A stretch of 64,000 nucleotides of DNA, taken from positions 186,310,001 through 186,374,000 of the forward strand of contig OZ024743.1 in the NCBI GenBank assembly GCA_964016885.1, written 5' to 3'. This stretch comes from Eledone cirrhosa (Eukaryota). Shown in pieces: positions 14,511 to 29,900 of the stretch. The stretch's first letter is position 1; every line of letters starts with the position of its first letter. Made by a program: the position numbers and the translations under genes. The notes beneath the pieces were generated by a model that was given only the letters and a program-made list of their open reading frames with translations, made no database searches and had not been told where the DNA came from.

Positions 14511-17499
14511 CTATAACTACTATATCTATAACATAGTTTAACAGTAATAATTGATGGTAGTGTTTTACTACTAAGTCAGCTCTAACTACTTTATCTATAA
14601 CATAGTATAACAGTAATAATTAAATTTAGTGTTTCACTCCTAAATCAGCTCTGACTATATATCTATAACATAGTATAACAGTATTAATTGATGGTAGTGT
14701 TTCACTTCTAGGTCAGCTCTGACTACTATATCTATAACATAGTATAAGTGTAATAATTGATGGTAGTGTTTCACTTCTAGGTCAGCTTTGACTACTATAT
14801 CTATAACATAGTATAACAGTAATAATTGATGGTAGTGTTTCACTCCTAGGTCTGCTCTAACTACTATATCTATAACATAGTATAACAGTAATAATTGATG
14901 GTAGTGTTTCACTCCTAAGTCAGCTCTAACTACTATATCTATAACACAGTATAACAGTAATAATTGATGGTAGTGTTTCACTCTTAGGCCAGCTCTAACT
15001 ACTATATCTATAACATAGTATAACAGGAATAATTGATGGTAGTTTTTCCCTCCTGAGTCAGCTCTAACTACTATATCTATAACATAGTATAACAGTAATA
15101 ACTGTTGGTAGTGTTTCACTCCTAGGTCAGCTCTAACTACTATATCTATAACATAGTATAAAAGTAATAATTGATGGTAGTGTTTCACTCCTAAGTCAGC
15201 TCTAACTACTATATCTATAACATAGTATAACAGTAATAATTGATGGTAGTGTTTCACTCCTAAGTCAGATCTAACTACTATATCTATAACATAGTATAAC
15301 AGTAATAATTGATGGTAGTGTTTCACTCCTAAGTCAGCACTAACTACTATATCTATAACATAGTATAACAGTAATAATTGATGGTAGTGTTTCACTCCTA
15401 GGCCAGCTCTAACTACTATATCTATAACATAGTATAACAGTAATAATTGATGGTAGCGTTTCACTGCTAAGTCAGCTCTAACTACTTTATCTATAACATA
15501 GTATAACAGTAATAATTGATGGTAGTGTTTCACTGCTAAGTCAGCTCTAACTACTATATCTATAACATAGTATAACAGTAATAATTGATGGTAGTGTTTC
15601 ACTGCTAAGTCAGCTCTAACTACTATATCTATAACATAGTATAACAGTAATAATTGATGGTAGTGTTTCACTGCTAAGTCAGCTCTAACTACTATATCTA
15701 TAACATAGTATAACAGTAATAATTGATGGTAGTGTTTCACTCCTAGGTCAGCTCTGACTACTATATCTATAACATATTATAACAGTAATAACTGTTGGTA
15801 GTGTTTCACTTCTAAGTCAGCTGTAACTACTATATCTATAACATAGTATAACAGTAATAATTGATGGTAGTGTTTCACTCCTAATCAGCTCTAACTACTA
15901 TATCTATAACATAGTATAACAGTAATAATTGATGGTAGTGTTACACTCCTAGGTCAGCTCTAACTACTATATCTATAACATAGTATAACAGTAATAATTA
16001 ATGGTAGTGTTTCATTCCTAAGTCAGCTCTGACTACTATATCTATAACATAGTATAACAGTAATAATTGATGGTAGTGTTTCACTCCTAGGTCAGCTCTG
16101 ACTACTATATCTATAACATAGTATAACAGTAATAATTGATGGTAGTGTTTCACTCCTAAGTCAGATCTAACTACTATATCTATAACATAGTATAACAGTA
16201 ATAATTGATGGTAGTGTTTCACTCCTAAGTCAGCACTAACTACTATATCTATAACATAGTATAACAGTAATAATTGATGGTAGTGTTTCACTCATAGGCC
16301 AGCTCTGACTACTATATCTATAACATAGTATAACAGTAATAATTGATGGTAGTGTTTCACTCCTAGGCCAGCTCTGACTACTATATCTATAACATAGTAT
16401 AACAGTAATAATTGATGGTAGTGTTTCATTCCTAGGTCAGCTCTAACTACTATATCTATAACATAGTATAACAGTAATAATTGATGGTAGTGTTTCACTG
16501 CTAAGTCAGCTCTAACTACTTTATCTATAACATAGTATAATAGTAATAATTGATGGTAGTGTTTCACTGCTAAGTCAGCTCTAACTACTATATCTATAAC
16601 ATAGTATAACAGTAATAATTGATGGTAGTGTTTCACTGCTAAGTCAGCTCTAACTACTATATCTATAACATAGTATAACAGTAATAATTGATGGTAGTGT
16701 TTCACTGCTAAGTCAGCTCTAACTACTATATCTATAACATAGTATAACAGTAATAATTGATGGTAGTGTTTCACTCCTAGGTCAGCTCTGACTACTATAT
16801 CTATAACATATTATAACAGTAATAACTGTTGGTAGTGTTTCACTTCTAAGTCAGCTGTAACTACTATATCTATAACATAGTATAACAGTAATAATTGATG
16901 GTAGTGTTTCACTCCTAATCAGCTCTAACTACTATATCTATAACATAGTATAACAGTAATAATTGATGGTAGTGTTACACTCCTAGGTCAGCTCTAACTA
17001 CTATATCTATAACATAGTATAACAGTAATAATTAATAGTAGTGTTTCATTACTAAGGCAGCTCTGACTACTATATCTATAACATAGTATAACAGTAATAA
17101 TTAATGGTAGTGTTTCACTCCTAAGTCAGCTCTGAATACTATATCTATAACATAGTATAACAGTAATAATTGATGGTAGTGTTTCACTCCTAGGTCAGCT
17201 CTAACTACTATATCTATAACATAGTTTAACAGTAATAATTAATGGTAGTGTTTTACTCCTAAGTCAGCTCTAACTACTATATCTATAACATAGTATAACA
17301 GTAATAATTAATGGTAGCGTTTCACTCCTAAGTCAGCTCTGACTACTATATCTATAACATAGTATAACAGTAATAATTGATGGTAGTGTTTCACTCCTAG
17401 ATCAGCACTAACTACTATATCTATAACATAGTATAACAGTAATAATTGATGGTAGTGTTTCACTCCTAAGTCACCTCTATCTACTATATATATAACATA

Positions 17500-20400
17500 G
17501 TATAACAGTAATAATTGATGGAAGTGTTTCACTCCTAAGTCAGCTCTAACTACTATATCTATAACACAGTATAACAGTAAGAATTGATGGTAGTATTTCA
17601 CTCCTAAGTCAGCTCTAACTACTATATCTATAACATAGTATAACAGTAATAATTGATGGTAGTGTTTCACTCCTAGGTCAGCTCTAACTACTATATCTAT
17701 AACATAGTATAACAGTAATAATTGATGGTAGTGTTTTACTCCTAAGTCAGCTCTAACTACTATATCTATAACATAGTTTAACAGTAATAATTGATGGTAG
17801 TGTTTTACTACTAAGTCAGCTCTAACTACTTTATCTATAACATAGTATAACAGTAATAATTAAATTTAGTGTTTCACTCCTAAATCAGCTCTGACTACTA
17901 TATCTATAACATAGTATAACAGTATTAATTGATGGTAGTGTTTCACTTCTAGGTCAGCTCTGACTACTATATCTATAACATAGTATAAGTGTAATAATTG
18001 ATGGTAGTGTTTCACTTCTAGGTCAGCTTTGACTACTATATCTATAACATAGTATAACAGTAATAATTGATGGTAGTGTTTCACTCCTAGGTCTGCTCTA
18101 ACTACTATATCTATAACATAGTATAACAGTAATAATTGATGGTAGTGTTTCACTCCTAAGTCAGCTCTAACTACTATATCTATAACACAGTATAACAGTA
18201 ATAATTGATGGTAGTGTTTCACTCTTAGGCCAGCTCTAACTACTATATCTATAACATAGTATAACAGGAATAATTGATGGTAGTTTTTCCCTCCTGAGTC
18301 AGCTCTAACTACTATATCTATAACATAGTATAACAGTAATAACTGTTGGTAGTGTTTCACTCCTAGGTCAGCTCTAACTACTATATCTATAACATAGTAT
18401 AACAGTAATAATTGATGGTAGTGTTTCACTGCTAAGTCAGCTCTAACTACTATATCTATAACATAGTATAACAGTAATAATTGATGGTAGTGTTTCACTG
18501 CTAAGTCAGCTCTAACTACTATATCTATAACATAGTATAAAAGTAATAATTGATGGTAGTGTTTCACTCCTAAGTCAGCTCTAACTACTATATCTATAAC
18601 ATAGTATAACAGTAATAATTGATGGTAGTGTTTCACTCCTAAGTCAGATCTAACTACTATATCTATAACATAGTATAACAGTAATAATTGATGGTAGTGT
18701 TTCACTCCTAAGTCAGCACTAACTACTATATCTATAACATAGTATAACAGTAATAATTGATGGTAGTGTTTCACTCCTAGGCCAGCTCTAACTACTATAT
18801 CTATAACATAGTATAACAGTAATAATTGATGGTAGTGTTTCACTGCTAAGTCAGCTCTAACTACTTTATCTATAACATAGTATAACAGTAATAATTGATG
18901 GTAGTGTTTCACTGCTAAGTCAGCTCTAACTACTATATCTATAACATAGTATAACAGTAATAATTGATGGTAGTGTTTCACTGCTAAGTCAGCTCTAACT
19001 ACTATATCTATAACATAGTATAACAGTAATAATTGATGGTAGTGTTTCACTGCTAAGTCAGCTCTAACTACTATATCTATAACGTAGTATAACAGTAATA
19101 ATTGATGGTAGTGTTTCACTCCTAGGTCAGCTCTGACTACTATATCTATAACATATTATAACAGTAATAACTGTTGGTAGTGTTTCACTTCTAAGTCAGC
19201 TGTAACTACTATATCTATAACATAGTATAACAGTAATAATTGATGGTAGTGTTTTACTGCTAAGTCAGCTCTAACTACTATATCTATAACATAGTATAAC
19301 AGTAATAATTGATGGTAGTGTTACATTCCTAGGTCAGCTCTAACTACTATATCTATAACATAGTATAACAGTAATAATTAATAGTAGTGTTTCATTACTA
19401 AGGCAGCTCTGACTACTATATCTATAACATAGTATAACAGTAATAATTAATGGTAGTGTTTCACTCCTAAGTCAGCTCTGAATACTATATCTATAACATA
19501 GTATAACAGTAATAATTGATGGTAGTGTTTCACTCCTAGGTCAGCTCTAACTACTATATCTATAACATAGTTTAACAGTAATAATTAATGGTAGTGTTTT
19601 ACTCCTAAGTCAGCTCTAACTACTATATCTATAACATAGTATAACAGTAATAATTAATGGTAGCGTTTCACTCCTAAGTCAGCTCTGACTACTATATCTA
19701 TAACATAGTATAACAGTAATAATTGATGGTAGTGTTTCACTCCTAGATCAGCACTAACTACTATATCTATAACATAGTATAACAGTAATAATTGATGGTA
19801 GTGTTTCACTCCTAAGTCAGCTCTAACTACTATATCTATAACATAGTATAACAGTAATAATTGATGGTAGTGTTTCACTGCTAAGTCAGCTCTAACTACT
19901 ATATCTATAACATAGTATAACAGTAATAATTGATGGTAGTGTTTCACTGCTAAGTCAGCTCTAACTACTATATCTATAACATAGTATAACAGTAATAATT
20001 GATGGTAGTGTTTCACTCCTAGGTCAGCTCTGACTACTATATCTATAACATATTATAACAGTAATAACTGTTGGTAGTGTTTCACTTCTAAGTCAGCTGT
20101 AACTACTATATCTATAACATAGTATAACAGTAATAATTGATGGTAGTGTTTCACTCCTAATCAGCTCTAACTACTATATCTATAACATAGTATAACAGTA
20201 ATAATTGATGGTAGTGTTACACTCCTAGGTCAGCTCTAACTACTATATCTATAACATAGTATAACAGTAATAATTGATGGAAGTGTTTCACTCCTAAGTC
20301 AGCTCTAACTACTATATCTATAACACAGTATAACAGTAAGAATTGATGGTAGTATTTCACTCCTAAGTCAGCTCTAACTACTATATCTATAACATAGTAT

Positions 20401-22000
20401 AACAGTAATAATTGATGGTAGTGTTTCACTCCTAGGTCAGCTCTAACTACTATATCTATAACATAGTATAACAGTAATAATTGATGGTAGTGTTTTACTC
20501 CTAAGTCAGCTCTAACTACTATATCTATAACATAGTTTAACAGTAATAATTGATGGTAGTGTTTTACTACTAAGTCAGCTCTAACTACTTTATCTATAAC
20601 ATAGTATAACAGTAATAATTAAATTTAGTGTTTCACTCCTAAATCAGCTCTGACTACTATATCTATAACATAGTATAACAGTATTAATTGATGGTAGTGT
20701 TTCACTTCTAGGTCAGCTCTGACTACTATATCTATAACATAGTATAAGTGTAATAATTGATGGTAGTGTTTCACTTCTAGGTCAGCTTTGACTACTATAT
20801 CTATAACATAGTATAACAGTAATAATTGATGGTAGTGTTTCACTCCTAGGTCTGCTCTAACTACTATATCTATAACATAGTATAACAGTAATAATTGATG
20901 GTAGTGTTTCACTCCTAAGTCAGCTCTAACTACTATATCTATAACACAGTATAACAGTAATAATTGATGGTAGTGTTTCACTCTTAGGCCAGCTCTAACT
21001 ACTATATCTATAACATAGTATAACAGGAATAATTGATGGTAGTTTATCCCTCCTGAGTCAGCTCTAACTACTATATCTATAACATAGTATAACAGTAATA
21101 ACTGTTGGTAGTGTTTCACTCCTAGGTCAGCTCTAACTACTATATCTATAACATAGTATAACAGTAATAATTGATGGTAGTGTTTCACTGCTAAGTCAGC
21201 TCTAACTACTATATCTATAACATAGTATAACAGTAATAATTGATGGTAGTGTTTCACTGCTAAGTCAGCTCTAACTACTATATCTATAACATAGTATAAA
21301 AGTAATAATTGATGGTAGTGTTTCACTCCTAAGTCAGCTCTAACTACTATATCTATAACATAGTATAACAGTAATAATTGATGGTAGTGTTTCACTCCTA
21401 AGTCAGATCTAACTACTATATCTATAACATAGTATAACAGTAATAATTGATGGTAGTGTTTCACTCCTAAGTCAGCACTAACTACTATATCTATAACATA
21501 GTATAACAGTAATAATTGATGGTAGTGTTTCACTCCTAGGCCAGCTCTAACTACTATATCTATAACATAGTATAACAGTAATAATTGATGGTAGTGTTTC
21601 ACTGCTAAGTCAGCTCTAACTACTTTATCTATAACATAGTATAACAGTAATAATTGATGGTAGTGTTTCACTGCTAAGTCAGCTCTAACTACTATATCTA
21701 TAACATAGTATAACAGTAATAATTGATGGTAGTGTTTCACTGCTAAGTCAGCTCTAACTACTATATCTATAACATAGTATAACAGTAATAATTGATGGTA
21801 GTGTTTCACTGCTAAGTCAGCTCTAACTACTATATCTATAACGTAGTATAACAGTAATAATTGATGGTAGTGTTTCACTCCTAGGTCAGCTCTGACTACT
21901 ATATCTATAACATATTATAACAGTAATAACTGTTGGTAGTGTTTCACTTCTAAGTCAGCTGTAACTACTATATCTATAACATAGTATAACAGTAATAATT
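17500..22000. repeat. Duplicated block ~17500-19240 and ~20260-22000, offset 2759 bp (40 monomers minus 1)
   Basis: Near-identical 417-aa ORFs 17866..19119 and 20625..21878. Markers AACGTAGT at 19081/21840 and TAAATTTAG at 17861/20620. Confidence 0.9.
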
Positions 22001-25000
22001 GATGGTAGTGTTTCACTCCTAATCAGCTCTAACTACTATATCTATAACATAGTATAACAGTAATAATTGATGGTAGTGTTACACTCCTAGGTCAGCTCTA
22101 ACTACTATATCTATAACATAGTATAACAGTAATAATTAATGGTAGTGTTTCATTCCTAAGTCAGCTCTGACTACTATATCTATAACATAGTATAACAGTA
22201 ATAATTGATGGTAGTGTTTCACTCCTAGGTCAGCTCTTACTACTATATCTATAACATAGTATAACAGTAATAATTGATGGTAGTGTTTCACTCCTAAGTC
22301 AGATCTAACTACTATATCTATAACATAGTATAACAGTAATAATTGATGGTAGTGTTTCACTCCTAAGTCAGCACTAACTACTATATCTATAACATAGTAT
22401 AACAGTAATAATTGATGGTAGTGTTTCACTCATAGGCCAGCTCTGACTACTATATCTATAACATAGTATAACAGTAATAATTGATGGTAGTGTTTCACTC
22501 CTAGGCCAGCTCTGACTACTATATCTATAACATAGTATAACAGTAATAATTGATGGTAGTGTTTCATTGCTAGGTCAGCTCTAACTACTATATCTATAAC
22601 ATAGTATAACAATAATAATTGATGGTAGTGTTTCACTGCTAAGTCAGCTCTAACTACTTTATCTATAACATAGTATAACAGTAATAATTGATGGTAGTGT
22701 TTCACTGCTAAGTCAGCTCTAACTACTATATCTATAACATAGTATAACAGTAATAATTGATGGTAGTGTTTCACTGCTAAGTCAGCTCTAACTACTATAT
22801 CTATAACATAGTATAACAGTAATAATTGATGGTAGTGTTTCACTGCTAAGTCAGCTCTAACTACTATATCTATAACATAGTATAACAGTAATAATTGATG
22901 GTAGTGTTTCACTCCTAGGTCAGCTCTGACTACTATATCTATAACATATTATAACAGTAATAACTGTTGGTAGTGTTTCACTTCTAAGTCAGCTGTAACT
23001 ACTATATCTATAACATAGTATAACAGTAATAATTGATGGTAGTGTTTCACTCCTAATCAGCTCTAACTACTATATCTATAACATAGTATAACAGTAATAA
23101 TTGATGGTAGTGTTACACTCCTAGGTCAGCTCTAACTACTATATCTATAACATAGTATAACAGTAATAATTAATAGTAGTGTTTCATTCCTAAGGCAGCT
23201 CTGACTACTATATCTATAACATAGTATAACAGTAATAATTAATGGTAGTGTTTCACTCCTAAGTCAGCTCTGAATACTATATCTATAACATAGTATAACA
23301 GTAATAATTGATGGTAGTGTTTCACTCCTAGGTCAGCTCTAACTACTATATCTATAACATAGTATAACAGTAATAATTAATGGTAGCGTTTCACTCCTAA
23401 GTCAGCTCTGACTACTATATCTATAACATAGTATAACAGTAATAATTGATGGTAGTGTTTCACTCCTAGATCAGCACTAACTACTATATCTATAACATAG
23501 TATAACAGTAATAATTGATGGTAGTGTTTCACTCCTAAGTCACCTCTATCTACTATATATATAACATAGTATAACAGTAATAATTGATGGAAGTGTTTCA
23601 CTCCTAAGTCAGCTCTAACTACTATATCTATAACACAGTATAACAGTAAGAATTGATGGTAGTATTTCACTCCTAAGTCAGCTCTAACTACTATATCTAT
23701 AACATAGTATAACAGTAATAATTGATGGTAGTGTTTCACTCCTAGGTCAGCTCTAACTACTATATCTATAACATAGTATAACAGTAATAATTGATGGTAG
23801 TGTTTTACTCCTAAGTCAGCTCTAACTACTATATCTATAACATAGTTTAACAGTAATAATTGATGGTAGTGTTTTACTACTAAGTCAGCTCTAACTACTT
23901 TATCTATAACATAGTATAACAGTAATAATTAAATTTAGTGTTTCACTCCTAAATCAGCTCTGACTACTATATCTATAACATAGTATAACAGTATTAATTG
24001 ATGGTAGTGTTTCACTTCTAGGTCAGCTCTGACTACTATATCTATAACATAGTATAAGTGTAATAATTGATGGTAGTGTTTCACTTCTAGGTCAGCTTTG
24101 ACTACTATATCTATAACATAGTATAACAGTAATAATTGATGGTAGTGTTTCACTCCTAGGTCTGCTCTAACTACTATATCTATAACATAGTATAACAGTA
24201 ATAATTGATGGTAGTGTTTCACTCCTAAGTCAGCTCTAACTACTATATCTATAACACAGTATAACAGTAATAATTGATGGTAGTGTTTCACTCTTAGGCC
24301 AGCTCTAACTACTATATCTATAACATAGTATAACAGGAATAATTGATGGTAGTTTTTCCCTCCTGAGTCAGCTCTAACTACTATATCTATAACATAGTAT
24401 AACAGTAATAACTGTTGGTAGTGTTTCACTCCTAGGTCAGCTCTAACTACTATATCTATAACATAGTATAAAAGTAATAATTGATGGTAGTGTTTCACTC
24501 CTAAGTCAGCTCTAACTACTATATCTATAACATAGTATAACAGTAATAATTGATGGTAGTGTTTCACTCCTAAGTCAGCACTAACTACTATATCTATAAC
24601 ATAGTATAACAGTAATAATTGATGGTAGTGTTTCACTCCTAGGCCAGCTCTAACTACTATATCTATAACATAGTATAACAGTAATAATTGATGGTAGTGT
24701 TTCACTGCTAAGTCAGCTCTAACTACTTTATCTATAACATAGTATAACAGTAATAATTGATGGTAGTGTTTCACTGCTAAGTCAGCTCTAACTACTATAT
24801 CTATAACATAGTATAACAGTAATAATTGATGGTAGTGTTTCACTGCTAAGTCAGCTCTAACTACTATATCTATAACATAGTATAACAGTAATAATTGATG
24901 GTAGTGTTTCACTGCTAAGTCAGCTCTAACTACTATATCTATAACATAGTATAACAGTAATAATTGATGGTAGTGTTTCACTCCTAGGTCAGCTCTGACT

Positions 25001-26999
25001 ACTATATCTATAACATATTATAACAGTAATAACTGTTGGTAGTGTTTCACTTCTATGTCAGCTGTAACTACTATATCTATAACATAGTATAACAGTAATA
25101 ATTGATGGTAGTGTTTCACTCCTAGGCCAGCTCTAACTACTATATCTATAACATAGTATAACAGTAATAATTGATGGTAGTGTTTCACTGCTAAGTCAGC
25201 TCTAACTACTTTATCTATAACATAGTATAACAGTAATAATTGATGGTAGTGTTTCACTGCTAAGTCAGCTCTAACTACTATATCTATAACATAGTATAAC
25301 AGTAATAATTGATGGTAGTGTTTCACTGCTAAGTCAGCTCTAACTACTATATCTATAACATAGTATAACAGTAATAATTGATGGTAGTGTTTCACTGCTA
25401 AGTCAGCTCTAACTACTATATCTATAACATAGTATAACAGTAATAATTGATGGTAGTGTTTCACTCCTAGGTCAGCTCTGACTACTATATCTATAACATA
25501 TTATAACAGTAATAACTGTTGGTAGTGTTTCACTTCTATGTCAGCTGTAACTACTATATCTATAACATAGTATAACAGTAATAATTGATGGTAGTGTTTC
25601 ACTCCTAATCAGCTCTAACTACTATATCTATAACATAGTATAACAGTAATAATTGATGGTAGTGTTTCATTCCTAAGTCAGCTCTGACTACTATATCTAT
25701 AACATAGTATAACAGTAATAATTGATGGTAGTGTTTCACTCCTAGGTCAGCTCTGACTACTATATCTATAACATAGTATAACAGTAATAATTGATGGTAG
25801 TGTTTCACTCCTAAGTCAGATCTAACTACTATATCTATAACATAGTATAACAGTAATAATTGATGGTAGTGTTTCACTCCTAAGTCAGCACTAACTACTA
25901 TATCTATAACATAGTATAACAGTAATAATTGATGGTAGTGTTTCACTCATAGGCCAGCTCTGACTACTATATCTATAACATAGTATAACAGTAATAGTTG
26001 ATGGTAGTGTTTCACTCCTAGGCCAGCTCTGACTACTATATCTATAACATAGTATAACAGTAATAATTGATGGTAGTGTTTCATTCCTAGGTCAGCTCTA
26101 ACTACTATATCTATAACATAGTATAACAGTAATAATTGATGGTAGTGTTTCACTGCTAAGTCAGCTCTAACTACTTTATCTATAACATAGTATAACAGTA
26201 ATAATTGATGGTAGTGTTTCACTGCTAAGTCAGCTCTAACTACTATATCTATAACATAGTATAACAGTAATAATTGATGGTAGTGTTTCACTGCTAAGTC
26301 AGCTCTAACTACTATATCTATAACATAGTATAACAGTAATAATTGATGGTAGTGTTTCACTGCTAAGTCAGCTCTGACTACTATATCTATAACATATTAT
26401 AACAGTAATAACTGTTGGTAGTGTTTCACTTCTAAGTCAGCTGTAGCTACTATATCTATAACATAGTATAACAGTAATTATTGATGGTAGTGTTTCACTC
26501 CTAATCAGCTCTAACTACTATATCTATAACATAGTATAACAGTAATAATTGATGGTAGTGTTACACTCCTAGGTCAGCTCTAACTACTATATCTATAACA
26601 TAGTATAACAGTAATAATTAATAGTAGTGTTTCATTCCTAAGGCAGCTCTGACTACTATATCTATAACATAGTATAACAGTAATAATTAATGGTAGTGTT
26701 TCACTCCTAAGTCAGCTCTGAATACTATATCTATAACATAGTATAACAGTAATAATTGATGGTAGTGTTTCACTCCTAGGTCAGCTCTAACTACTATATC
26801 TATAACATAGTATAACAGTAATAATTAATGGTAGTGTTTTACTCCTAAGTCAGCTCTAACTACTATATCTATAACATAGTATAACAGTAATAATTAATGG
26901 TAGCGTTTCACTCCTAAGTCAGCTCTGACTACTATATCTATAACATAGTATAACAGTAATAATTGATGGTAGTGTTTCACTCCTAGATCAGCACTAACT

Positions 27000-29900
27000 A
27001 CTATATCTATAACATAGTATAACAGTAATAATTGATGGTAGTGTTTCACTCCTAAGTCACCTCTATCTACTATATATATAACATAGTATAACAGTAATAA
27101 TTGATGGAAGTGTTTCACTCCTAAGTCAGCTCTAACTACTATATCTATAACACAGTATAACAGTAAGAATTGATGGTAGTATTTCACTCCTAAGTCAGCT
27201 CTAACTACTATATCTATAACATAGTATAACAGTAATAATTGATGGTAGTGTTTCACTCCTAGGTCAGCTCTAACTATTATATCTATAACATAGTATAACA
27301 GTAATAATTGATGGTAGTGTTTTACTCCTAAGTCAGCTCTAACTACTATATCTATAACATAGTTTAACAGTAATAATTGATGGTAGTGTTTTACTACTAA
27401 GTCAGCTCTAACTACTTTATCTATAACATAGTATAACAGTAATAATTAAATTTAGTGTTTCACTCCTAAATCAGCTCTGACTACTATATCTATAACATAG
27501 TATAACAGTATTAATTGATGGTAGTGTTTCACTTCTAGGTCAGCTCTGACTACTATATCTATAACATAGTATAACAGTAATAATTGATGGTAGTGTTTCA
27601 CTTCTAGGTCAGCTCTGACTACTATATCTATAACATAGTATAACAGTAATAATTGATGGTAGTGTTTCACTCCTAGGTCTGCTCTAACTACTATATCTAT
27701 AACATAGTATAACAGTAATAATTGATGGTAGTGTTTCACTCCTAAGTCAGCTCTAACTACTATATCTATAACACAGTATAACAGTAATAATTGATGGTAG
27801 TGTTTCACTCTTAGGCCAGCTCTAACTACGATATCTATAACATAGTATAACAGGAATAATTGATGGTAGTTTTTCCCTCCTGAGTCAGCTCTAACTACTA
27901 TATCTATAACATAGTATAACAGTAATAACTGATGGTAGTGTTACACTCCTAAGTCAGCTCTGACTACTATATCTATAACATAGTATAACAGTAATAATTA
28001 ATGGTCGTGTTTCACTCCTAAGTCAGCCCTAACTACTATATCTATAACATAGTATAACAGTAATAATTAATGGTAGTGTTTCACTCCTAGGTCAGCTCTG
28101 ACTACTATATCTATAACATAGTATAACAGTAATAATTAATGGTCGTGTTTCACTCCTAAGTCAGCTCTGACTACTATATCTATAACATAGCATAACAGTA
28201 ATAATTAATGGTAGTGTTTCACTCCTAAGTCAGCTCTAACTACTATATCTATAACATAGTATAACAATAATAATTAATGGTAGTGTATCACTCCTAAGTC
28301 AGCTCTGACTACTATATCTATAACATAGTATAATAGTAATAATTGATGGTAGTGTTTCACTCCTAGATCAGCACTAACTAGTATATCTATAACATAGTAT
28401 AACAGTAATAATTGATGGTAGTGTTTCACTCCTAGGTCTGCTCTAACTACTATATCTATAACATAGTATAACAGTAATAATTGATGGTAGTGCTTCACTC
28501 CTAGGTCAGCTCTGACTACTATATCTATAACACAGTATAACAGTGATAATTGATGGTAGTGTTTCACTCCTAGGTCAGCTCTGATTACTATATCTATAAC
28601 ATAGTTTAACAGTAATAATTGATGGTAGTGTTTCACTCCTAGGTCTGCTCTAACTACTATATCTATAACATATTATAACAGTAATAACTGTTGGTAGTGT
28701 TTCACTTCTAAGTCAGCTGTAACTACTATATCTATAACATAGTATAACATGAATAATTGATGGTAGTGTTTCTCTCCTGAGTCAGCTCTAACTACAATAT
28801 CTATAACATAGTATAACAGTAATAATTGATGGAAATGTTTCACTCCTAAGTCAGCTCTAACTACTATATCTGTAACGTAGTAAAAAAGTAATAATTGATG
28901 GTAGTGTTTCACTCCTAGTTCTGCTCTAACTACTATATCTATAACATATTATAACAGATGGTAGTGTTTCACTTCTAAGTCAGCTGTAACTACTATATCT
29001 ATAACATAGTATAACAGGAATAATTGATGGTAGTCTTTCACCCCTAAGTCAGCTCTAACTACTATATCTATAACATAGTATAATAGTAATAATTGATGGT
29101 AGTGTTTCACTCCTAGGTCAGCTCTAACTACTATATCTATAACATAGTATAACAGTAATAACTGATGGTAGTGTTACACTCATAAGTCAGCTCTGACTAC
29201 TATATCTATAACATAGTATAACAGTAATAATTAATGGTAGCGTTTCACTCCAAAGTCAGCTCTAACTGCTATATCTATAACATAGTATAACAGTAATAAT
29301 TGATGGTAGTGTTTCACTCCTAGATCAGCACTAACTACTATATCTATAACATAGTATAACAGTAATAACTGATGGTAGTGTTTCACTCCTAAGTCAGCTC
29401 TAACTACTATATCTATAACATAGTATAACAGTAATAATTAATGGTAGCGTTTCACTCCTAAGTCAGCTCTGACTACTATATCTATAACATAGTATAACAG
29501 TAATAATTGATGGTAGTGTTTCACTCCTAGATCAGCACTAACTACTATATCTATAACATAGTATAACAGTAATAATTGATGGTAGTTTTTCACTCCTAAG
29601 TCAGCTCTAACTACTATATCTATAACATAGTATAACAGTAATAACTGATGGTAGTGTTTCACTCCTAAGTCAGCTCTAACTACTATATCTATAACATAGT
29701 ATAACAGTAATAATTGATGGTAGTGTTTCACTCGTAACTCAGCTCTAACTACTACATCTATAACATAGTATAACAGTAATAATTGATGGTAGTGTTTCAC
29801 TCCTAAGTCAGCTCTAACTACTATATCTATAACATAGTATAACAGTAATAATTGATGGTAGTGTTTCACTCCTAAGTCAGCTCTAACTACTATATCTATA

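Larger units (their letters stand above)
1300..27300. repeat. Left satellite domain with irregular higher-order repeat organisation
   Basis: An ordered cassette recurs many times: a run of CACTGCTAAG monomers, then ACATATTATA/AACTGTTGG, then CTTCTAAGTCAGCTGTAA, then the 68-bp CCTAATCAGC monomer, then GTGTTACAC. Examples end near 2440, 4575, 7611, 10021, 11263, 15881, 16915, 20158, 22020, 23052 and 26501. Boundaries are approximate. Confidence 0.85.
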
